A stretch of DNA of 64,000 nt from the human T2T-CHM13v2.0 reference genome, Homo sapiens. The notes beneath the pieces are model-generated. The model was given only the letters and a program-made list of their open reading frames with translations, was not told the origin of the DNA and did not search any database. The stretch lies in assembly GCF_009914755.1 (NCBI RefSeq), contig NC_060934.1. One strand, 5' to 3'. Position 1 is the first letter of the stretch. Every line of letters begins with the position of its first letter. Shown here piece by piece: positions 14,306-23,690 of the stretch. A program made the translations under genes and the position numbers.

Positions 14306-14734
14306 ATACCCACATTCCCCTCCCAAGAGAAAGCAGCCAGGCCAGGTGCCCTCAGAGAGCGCCAGAGGAGGAAGGCGGGTCTGGCCTCAGCCTTCTTCTC
14401 AGTTTCAGTCTCCCCGACCAGGCCCTCCCAGGTCTAAGCAGGAGAATCTCAGACTGTTCCTCCCCACAATTGTGCAAGTGCTTACTGGACCCCATGCCCA
14501 AGAGAGCTGTGTGGTCCCCCATGCCCCTTTCTAGCACTAGCCTAATAAATTGTATTGATGACCCCAGGGCAGCCTGTAGGCTCTATCAACTCAACATGGA
14601 ATAATCGACTTGGGAGCTTGTCAGAGCGAAGGATTCGAGATGGAGCCCAATGCCTGAGTTTGATACATTGGGACTGAGGCCTGGAAGATCACAAGGATGT
14701 GATCAAAGATAACAAGAATAGGAAGACAAATAGA

Positions 14735-15140
14735 AAAAATAGAAAGACAAATGCCACATGATCTCACTCATTTGCGGACTTTAAAAAGCTGATGTCATAG
14801 AAGTAGAGAGTATAATAGTGGTTACTATGTGCTGGGGAAGGAAGGCGGGATGGGGGAGATTGGCCAACAGGTACCAAATTACAGTTAGATAGGAGGAATC
14901 AGTTCTGGTCTTTTCTTGCACAGTAGCATGACTGTAGCTAAGGACATTGTATTGCATATTTCAAAATAACTGGAAGAGAGGGTTTTCAGTGTTCTCACTA
15001 CAAAGAAATGATAAATGTTTGAGGTGATGAATAAGCTTATCACCCTGATTTGATCATTACGCAATGTACGCATGTATCAAAACATCATACTGTGTCCCAT
15101 AAATATGCATCGTTAAGAGTCATTTAAAAATAAAAAAAAT
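14735..15140 (+). mobile_element. L1MA 3' end
   Basis: aaagacaaatgccacatgatctcactcat...gataaatgtttgaggtgatg...accctgatttgatcattac and an A tail. Confidence 0.85.
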
Positions 15141-15238
15141 TTTAAACCCAGTGGCCTGAGATCTGAGTCAAACCCTGGCTCTCCTGACTCCAGATCTTCC
15201 CACTGTACCAAACAGAAAGGTGATTAAGAAAAAAGATT

Positions 15239-15540
15239 GGTCAGGCACAGTGGCTCATGCCTGTAATCCCAGCACTTTGGGAGGCCCAGGCAAGAGGATC
15301 ACTTAATTCCAGGAGTTCAGGACTCGCCTGGGCAACACAGTGAAACCCTGCCTCTACAAAAAATACAGAAATTAGCTCAGCATAGTAGTGTGTGCCTGTA
15401 GTCCCAGCTATTCCAGAGGCTGAGGAGGTAGGATTGCTTGAGCTCAGGAGGTTGAGGCTGCCATGAGCTGTGGTAAAGATTGTGCCACATGTGCACCCCA
15501 GCCTGGGCAACAGAGTGAGACTCTGTCTCATAAAGAAGAA
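15239..15540 (+). mobile_element. AluJ with TSD aagaaaaaagatt
   Basis: Full dimer and flanking direct repeat. Confidence 0.9.
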
Positions 15541-15727
15541 AAGAAAAAAGATTGACTTGTAAAACCAAGAATGCTTCAGACCCTTCAACAGGGAATTGAT
15601 AAGTATGTTAACCAACAAAGGAATACAGCTATTAGACAAATGAGAAAGGTCTCTCTGTTAACAGGGAAAGATGATGATGATGAGTTGAAGCAGGATATGG
15701 AACAGCCTGTCAAGTATAATCCATTAA

Positions 15728-15779
15728 CATACACGTGTACACACACACATACACACACACACACGCACACACACACACA
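15728..15779. repeat. Imperfect (CA)n microsatellite
   Basis: Direct observation. Confidence 0.9.
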
Positions 15780-16072
15780 GATTTCTATAAGCAAAAGACT
15801 ATGGAAGGATATGGCCAAACTCTGGACAGTGCTGGTCTGGGGGATGTTGGGCTACTGGGAGTAGCCCACACTCTGCTTACTGTCTTTGTTTCCATTTCAC
15901 ATTGTGCAGGCATTGTTTTTATAACCAAGGGCGAAAAACACAATCTTGCCACTTGGCAGGTGCATGAGGCCCAGGTATCCCTGTACTGGGGAGGTCAGGG
16001 TTTACCTGGGACTTGGGAGAAAAAAAAAAATTCCCTTTTGTCCCCTGCACTGGTTCCCTGCCACCTGGAAGT

Positions 16073-16106
16073 TGCAGTTTTCAGCTTCGGCCACCAGAGG
16101 GCAGCA
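16073..16106 (+). promoter_or_regulatory. CTCF binding site with upstream (ZF9-11) module
   Basis: Core CGGCCACCAGAGGGCAGCA at 16088-16106 fits CCASYAGRKGGCRS. TGCAGTTTT at 16073 lies at the spacing known for the upstream motif. Confidence 0.75.
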
Positions 16107-16554
16107 GGGAACCAGCTGATTGCTGCGAGAGGCTGGAACGCTGGAGAATTCTGAGCTGGCAAGTTTGTTGGGGTGGGGCAGGCAGACCCAGTTTGAAGCA
16201 GCCTCCACCATTGTGCGGGGCTGTGGTCAGGTTCCCAGGGAGAGGATGACCAATTACATGCTGAGCAAGGGTCCTTTGCCTCAGCACAATGGGGAAACTG
16301 AGGCAGAAGGCCAGTTGGAACTGGACTAATAGGCTGTGGCTGCCTGGGGAGGGGAGATGAATGTCCCACAGGCCAGAGAGAGTCAAGAAACCCAAGTCCC
16401 TCCCTGGGGCTTCTCTTTGTCATCTTGTCAGGGTGAAGGTTCCAGAAAGCATGGCTCAAGGGCTAACAAGTGGAGGCAGAGACAGAGGGAATCATGGGGC
16501 CCATTTAGAGGTAGCACAGGCTGAAGTGGCCATAACCCTCCATGACCAGAGCAG

Positions 16555-16770
16555 TAGTTAACAATTCCTGAGCACACCTCATGTGCCAAGGGCTTAGCCA
16601 TTGTATCTCAACTAATCTCAACGGTGACCTCGGGTAGGTAGAAGGGTATTAGTATCTCCATTTTACAAGGGAGGAAACTGAGACTCAGAGAGGGAAGGTG
16701 GCTTGCTTAAGATGGCGGCTGATAAGTAGTGATGTTGTCACTCAGGGTCCAGCCCCTCTGGCCCCAGAGT
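16555..16770. mobile_element. MIR SINE; further MIR pieces at about 17.5, 21.5, 29.4, 31.6, 38.2, 39.6, 40.2, 44.0, 47.5, 48.0, 49.0, 54.1, 58.1, 60.4 and 62.0 kb
   Basis: MIR core ccattttaca...gaggaaactgag.ctcagaga and its reverse cctcagtttcc..atctgtaaaatggg. Confidence 0.75.
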
Positions 16771-18334
16771 TCTTGCCCAGGATAAGAGTGCAGAGGGAGA
16801 TGGAGTTCCAGGCAGGCACCATGGTCCTGGACTTACAAGGCAGGACTTGGACCCCGGGTTGCCCCACCATCTGCAGGAGCTGAGTGTGGAGGGTTGTGGG
16901 GCCCCTGCTAGTGACCAGGGAGAGGATGGGGGTTGTTGAGAAGATGGTAGAGGGGAATCTCAGCTCCCAGCTTTGAGTGCTTCTGGGATGGGGCATGGGG
17001 AGGGTAACTGGCCTCAGTACAGGGCTCCAGGAGGCTGTAGGGCCAGGCATGGAAGGGAAGGAGGAGCAAGTGTCCAGGGAGAGACGGCACAGGGGCCTGG
17101 CCTGGCTCGATCACGCTGGACACAGTGGGAACAGGAGCAGAGCTGCCCCCACCCCCAGGAGCTCCTGAGAACTTAGTAAGGAAGGAGGTGGAGGGAGGGC
17201 TGGGGCTCCCCTGGGTTCTGGCTTCCACATAGGCCTTCAACAACCATGGGGCCGGCCCTAGATGGATCATGACTCAGCTACTACAGGGAGGTAGGCAGGC
17301 CAGGTTGGGCAGTGAGGAGAGGCCCAGGACAGACAGAGAGGGCTAAGAGAAGGCTGGTGGCTGCCTGGCTGTCTGGGAGGGCAGTATAACAGCAGGAAGC
17401 AGCAGGAGGCAGGGGTTAGGCCTGGGCCTGAAATGCCCCTGGTGTTAGGGAGTGGAGGGGGAGAGGTTCTGGGAGGGGTCGGGGGGGGACTTTGCTACTT
17501 GCTACCTCTATGATCTTGGACAAGTCACTTGACCTCTCTGAACCTCGGCTTCCCCATCTGTAAAATGGGAATCCTTATAGTACCCACCTCCCAGGGCTGT
17601 TACAAGGACCAAAACTGATGTGTGTGAATCACTAGCACCATGGCTGCCATACCAGCTCCTGGCTGGATGTTGGCAGCGACTCTTACACGCTCGTTTACTC
17701 CACATTGAACCTGACCGTGTGCCAGGCCACAGTGAGCACTGGAGGTCGGCAGTGAAGCAAGCCCAAGTAGCCCCTCTAGAGGAGGTAGTCAGGACTGTGG
17801 AGCATGCTGCGTGGGGTGAAGATGTGGAGGGACCCGGCTCCCACTCTGCCTTGGGGCATCTCCTCGGCCTGGCTCACCTTTAAGCTCACCTCCTGGCCAG
17901 GAGCAAAAACAGACACAAATCAGAGAGAGCAGTACAGCAGATCCCAGGTTCTCCTCCGGACCCTATTCCAGATTGTTTAAGAGCAAAGCCCAGACACTGC
18001 CTCATTTCACCCGTAAATTCTCCAAAATTTAAGACAGAACATTTTTTACATGATCCCAATGCCATTATGACACCGAACAAAATGCAGATTCTCTCAACTG
18101 CGTCAACTGTGAGAATGGACTTTTGCTCACTGTGTGCAAGGCCTGGGTGTGACATTGCCTGCCTACCTGGGGTCCTCAGCCCATGGGAAGGCCTCAGGGC
18201 CTGTGGGGAAGGAGATGAGCAGATTCACGTGACATTCGTTACCCTGCTGGGCAGGATCCCCACCCTACTGCAGTGCCCTTCCAGCTGGAGAGGGGCCCCA
18301 GGCCCGCTGCCCCCATGGGACTCCTGATGGTCTG

Positions 18335-20315
18335 TGGCTGTGTGTGTTTGTGGGCTGTGCATGTATGAATATGTGCAGGCTTGAGTGTGCAAATGGGTGT
18401 GTATGTGAGGGTGTCAACAGTGTGAGATGTGTATGAGTGCATGTGTGAGATGCATGTGAGTGCGTGTGTGAGATGTGTGTGTGGGTGTGAGATTGTGTGT
18501 GCATGTGTGAGTGCACGTGTGAGATGTGAGTGCCTGTGTGAGATGTGTGTGTGAGATGTGTGTGTACGTGTGAGATGTAAGTGCGTGTGTGATTTGTGAG
18601 TGCATGTGTGAGATGTGTGTGCACGTGTGAGATGTGTGAGTGCATGTGTGAGATGTGTGTGCACATGTGTGTGGGTGTGAGATGTGTGAGTGCAGGTGTG
18701 AGATGTGAGTGCGTGTGTGAGATGTGTGTGCACGTGAGATGTGTGAGGGTGTGCATGTGAGATGTGTGTGAGTGCACTGCAAGATGTGTGTGTGCATGTG
18801 GGAGATGTGAGTGCGTGTGTGAGGTGTGTGCACATGAGATGTGTGAGGGTGTGCATGTGAGGTGTGAGTGCACATGTGAGGTGTGTGGGTGTGCATATGA
18901 GGTGTGAGGATGCATGTGTGAGATGTGTGAGGGTGTGCGTGTGAGGTGTGTGGGTGTGCATGTGAGATATGAGTGCACGTGTGAGAAGTGAGTGCACATG
19001 TGAGATGTGTGAGGGTACACGTGTGAGATGTGTGTGGGTGCGCATGTGAGATGTGAGTGCGCATGTGAGTTGTGTGAGGGTGCGTGTGAGATGTGTGCAT
19101 GCGTGTGTGAGATGTGAGGGTGCGTGTGTGATGTGTGGGTGCACGTGTGAGATGTAAGAGGGTGCATGTGTGAGATGTGTGAGGGTGCACATGTGAGATA
19201 TGTATGTGGGTGCGTGAGTTGTGTATGAGTGCGCGTGTGAGATGTGTGTGAGTGCGCGTGTGACATTTGAGGGTGCGAATGTGAGATGTGTGAGGGTGCA
19301 CGTGTGAGATGAGGGTCTGTGTGTGAGATGTGTGAAGGTGCACACGGGAGATGTGTGAGGGTGCGCATGTGAGATGTGTGAGGGTGCACGTGTGAGACGT
19401 GTGGGTGCGCGTGTGAGATGTGAGTGCACGTGTGAGATTTGTGGGTGCGTGTGTGAGATTTGTGGGTACACGTGTGATATGTGAGTGTGCGTGTGAGATG
19501 TGAGTGCGCATGTGAGATGTGAGGGTGCACATGTGAGATGTGTGAGGATTCACGTGTGAGATGTGAGGGTGCATGTGTGAGATGTGGGTGTGTGAGATGT
19601 GTGAGGGTGCACGTGTGCGGTGTGGGTGCGTGTGTGAGATGTGTGAGTGCACGTGTGAGATTTGTGGGTGCACGTGTGAGATGTGTGAGTGCGCATGTGA
19701 GATGTGTGGGTGCACGTGCGAGATGTGTGGGTGTGTGAGATGTGTGTATGAGATGTGAATGCATGTGTAAGATGTGTGAGGGAGCACGTGTGAGATGTGT
19801 GAGTGCATGTGCGAGATGTGTGGGTGTGTGAGATGTGTGTGAGAGATGTGAGTGCACGTGTGAGATGTGTGGGTGCGTGTGTGAGATGTGTGTGGGTGTG
19901 TGTGTGAGATGTGCGAGGATGCGTGTGAGGTGTGTGAGCATGTGAGATGTGAGTGCACTGTGAGATGTGAGGGTGCACGTGTGAGCTGTGTGGGTGTGCA
20001 CATATGAGATGTGTGAGTGCACGTGTGAGATGTGTGTGGGTGCATGTGTGATGTGTATGGGATGTGAGTGAGCGTGTGAGATGTATGGGTGCACGTGTGA
20101 GATGTGTGTGAATGTACGTGTGGATGTGTGAGTGTGCGCATGAAATGTGTGTGGGTGCGTGTGAGATGTGTGTGTGCGTGTGAGATGTGTGAGGGTGCCC
20201 GTGTGAGATGTGTGTGTGTGAGATGTGTGAGGGTGTGGGTGTGAGATGTGTGAGTGTGTGTGTGAGATGTGCGAAGGTGCGCGTGTGAGATGTGTGAGGA
20301 TGCGTGTGTGTGTGG
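18335..20315. repeat. ~2 kb TG-rich degenerate minisatellite/VNTR, unit about GTGTGAGATGTGTGAGGGTGCAC (18-26 bp)
   Basis: Directly visible tandem array, with a GAGAT anchor recurring about every 20 bp. Confidence 0.95.
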
Positions 20316-22949
20316 GCAGGGGGAAGCAAGTGGCCCTGACATCTCAGTTGGGATCCAGCCTCAGAACAAACGGCAGGGAAAGTGTCGAGAGTGGCCTTTA
20401 TACCCAAGCGCAGCCCGTTCTTGGCTCCCTCCAGTTCTCTGGGGGAGTAGCAAGGACACCTGACTTTGGAGAGATGGCAAGCCCACCTCGGCCCTCATTC
20501 CCTTCATCTGGGGTATTCCCTGCCCCTTCTCCCCACTTCCAAACACCTGGGCAGGAGCCGGGCACAGGCTGCACAGGAGGCAGCCCCTGGAAGGGTGGCA
20601 TTCAGATGCCTAGCCCTGGGTTTACCAGGCTGTAGGGAGGAGGACCAGGGTCTCTGAGGAGGGCAGGTGGGGGCTTGACTCCCCAGCAGACTATGGGTCC
20701 CAGGCTTAGCTCAGAGCTCTGGGCCAGGTCCCAGGACACACTGACAGACAGCTGTTTGCTGAAGGAAGGACTGGACAGGCTGGTGGGAATCCGCTCGGTG
20801 GCCCTGGTCAGGATCGGAAACAGCGCAGACAGTGGAGGTTGAAGGGTGTGGTGGAGGTCCCTGCTTGTCAATCTGGGGCAGCAGGGCTTCCCCAGGCCTC
20901 AGTTTATGCACCCGACATACTGACATGTTGTTCTCTGCCCTGGCTTCTGCCAGGACTGTTAGGAGGATGCATGAGGCCAGAAAACCGGGAGGAACTCCAG
21001 CCTATGGCCGGAGTCCAGCGCAGAAGCCGGCTGGTAGCCTGAGCCTGGGAGCTTCAGCACCACAGTGGGGGCTGGTGGGAGAGAGGTGGCCACCCCAGGG
21101 CTGTGTGCGGGAGCTGCCCAGGTGTCTCCTGCCACTCAGTGTGTCCTGATTGCCCCCAGCTTACAGATAAGGACATGAGGCTCTGTGTCACACATTCCAA
21201 GTAGAGCCTTGTCAGGGTCCTGCCAGGGGGGGCCCTGGGCTCCCGATGGGCTCTGGTGCTCAGGCGGTTGAGCTCCCGCTGTCTCTCCCCAGGCCAGGTC
21301 TCCCCTCTCTGTGTCTGGAGCAGATGCCAAGGGGGCTCCTCACAACCTGGCAACCATCACCACTTGGCACCAACCTACCCCACCTCCCTTCCTCCTGCCT
21401 GGTCTCTTGCCCTTTGAGACCACCCAGCCCTGGACCCTCACTCCTGGTCTGACCTTTGCAACTCTGTGTCTGTCCCAGCTCTGCCCTGATACGCTGCACT
21501 GGGAGGTGAGAACTCCAAGTTCAATCAAATCCTGGCTCTGCCACCTGCCTGCTGGGTGAGTGTGCTAGGTGAGACCTTTCCCGGTGGGGCCTCAGCTTTA
21601 GCCCAGAGCAGGGCCACCCTCTCTGGATCCCTTGCCGGCCATTTCTTTGGTGGACTCTGCTCTCTCCTGGGTCCTCAGCAGCCAGCTGCCTCTGGATATG
21701 GGCACTGAGTCCAACCGGAAATCCTTCCTGTCCAGGGAGTTACTGGTTTCCACGGCTCCAGGAGATGTTGAAATGCAGGCTGTTTGCCTTGGGTTTGTGT
21801 TCTTTCCACAGAAAACAAAACAAAACAAACACACAGGCGCATGCACACTGCCACACACTCAAAGACAAGGGCATGTCATCAAATAACAGCCCTGAAGCCC
21901 CAGCCTCAACATGCATGGGTGCCCAGTCAATGCTTACTGGGTGCGCAAAAGCACCTGGGGCCCTGGGTTCGAGGCCTGGCTCCCTGCGGAATCCCTGGTG
22001 TGATCACTGGTCGGATGCTTCTGCCTGAGCCACAGACAGTGGGAACAGGAGACCCACACTCCCCGGGCCCCTCCTGGGTGCAAGCAGTGCGCTTTGTCTT
22101 GTGTTCAGTGGGTTGTCTTATCCACACAACACCCCGGGGAGAGCTGGGGCTTGGAGAGGGGGAAAGCCACCCAGTGTCACACAGCTGGGGTGGCAGGGCT
22201 GGCCTGGTGGCAGTGCTGAAGGGGACAGGAGGACCCTGAGACAGACACCGGCTCTGTTTCCTCAGATCTGCCCAAGAAGAGCAATAGCCCCACCCAGGCT
22301 GCTGGAGGACTTGAGCTGGCAGAGGGCATGGTGTGGAGGAGGGGGTCCATTCTCCTCTCACCCTGGCGGAGATGGGTCCCCTCTCCACTCCCTTGCTGGG
22401 CCCGACTGGCAGCCACCTGCTTTCAGGCCAGTGACTCTGGCCATTCCACACACTGAGGGCAGGCACCGCGCAGGGAATTCTCTAGATGCAAATCAGCAGG
22501 AAGGGGCTTTGTTCTGGGATTTGCTCTGTACCCCAAATAAGACAGGAGGTCTGGCCTTGGTGGCCTCTGTTCCTGCCTTTCCCTCCCCCTTCACATCCAT
22601 GGTCCCTGACCCCAAGGACTGGCATTTTGTTTTCTCTGCTCCATCTCAGAGGCCACAGTCAGGGGCCGTGGGATGGCCCATAGGGATGTGCTTTGACTTC
22701 TACACTATTCAAAAATCCAGTTAACTCTTTAACTCGTTGCCAAAATTTAAAACATGGAAAATTTCACATAACAACTGGGATTTCCAGTTTTTCTCCTGCT
22801 GCCCCTCCCTCCCTCCCCAGGCAACAACATTCATAGATAGCAACAGTTGGCTGGAGCTGAGGACCGGGCGCCCCCTTGACAGGACTCTCTGCCCCCTGCC
22901 TCCTCCCCATCACCGTGGGTCCCACAGGAACACTAGGGACCATCTGAAG

Positions 22950-23110
22950 TCCAGTGCTGCTCAACTTTGGATGCACAATGGACTGAGCTGGGGGGCTTTA
23001 CAAACTCAGACACCCTGGACCACTTCCTTGGCCTCCCTGGGGTGGGACCAAGGCATGATGTTCTTAAAGCCCCGCAGGTGACTCAGGTGAGCAGCAAGGT
23101 TGAGAACAGC
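22950..23110. mobile_element. MER5-type hAT-Charlie MITE; similar copies at ~37905-38070, ~56010-56195 and ~57270-57415
   Basis: cagtg.t.ctcaa...caggtga.tc....ggttgagaac pattern. Confidence 0.65.
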
Positions 23111-23684
23111 AAGAGCCGATGCTGGGCTTTGCAGGTGGGTGGCTGCTGATAGTCTTGCTTCGTTGTGGTTCCCCATGACCCTCAGCAGGAGCCCCACCTC
23201 ATGACAGCCCAGGCTTTGGTCAGAAGAGGGGCCCCTGCCCCGTCTCCCCTGGACTGATCTGTTTGCTCACTGTGTGATGCTCCCTGTCTGGGCCCATATC
23301 CTGATCTTGGCCGAGTGTGCCAAGTGGGAGCGGCCCAGGGCTGCCGTCTCTGAGGCAGATTCACTCCTATATATGGTCACCCGGGAGTCCCCCCGCTGAG
23401 TGAACGCGTGACCTCATCTGCCGACAATCTCACCCAGTCTGGGGCCAACCTGGGGAGGGCCGTTGCCCTGGAGAGTGTACAGTTGGGGGCAGAGAGGCTG
23501 GGAGGAGGCAAATCAATGGCATGGAGGCAGGGCAATGACAAGATGACCCAGACCCAGGGGAGCTGAGGCCAGCCCCAAGTCTCTCTGATGCCTGCCCCGT
23601 CTCCTGCCTCTGAAAGAGTCCAGCCTCCCTACATGCTTGCGTGAACAAGGAAACCTGTGAGCCTCTTTTGCTTTTAAAAGTCCT

Positions 23685-23690
23685 TTTAAT
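23685..23690 (-). terminator. ZCCHC24: Polyadenylation signal ATTAAA of ZCCHC24
   Basis: Plus-strand tttaat. On the minus strand GCTGTATTAAAAGG has a UGUA abutting the hexamer, with TCACAGGTTTCCTTGTTCAC downstream as a U/GU-rich element. Confidence 0.75.

Noticed and set aside
18420-20315. Tandem array as a CRISPR-like repeat-spacer system
   Set aside because: There are no unique spacers or fixed-length repeats, the context is mammalian, and no cas genes are present.
18239-20407. Long His/Thr-rich ORFs (410, 609, 642 and 285 aa) on the minus strand
   Set aside because: They overlap in all frames and arise because the CA-rich strand of the VNTR has almost no stop codons. There is no promoter, splice or codon evidence.
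23366-23376. CArG (SRF) box cctatatatgg
   Set aside because: It has seven A/T bases between CC and GG, so it is only a one-mismatch match, with no supporting evidence.
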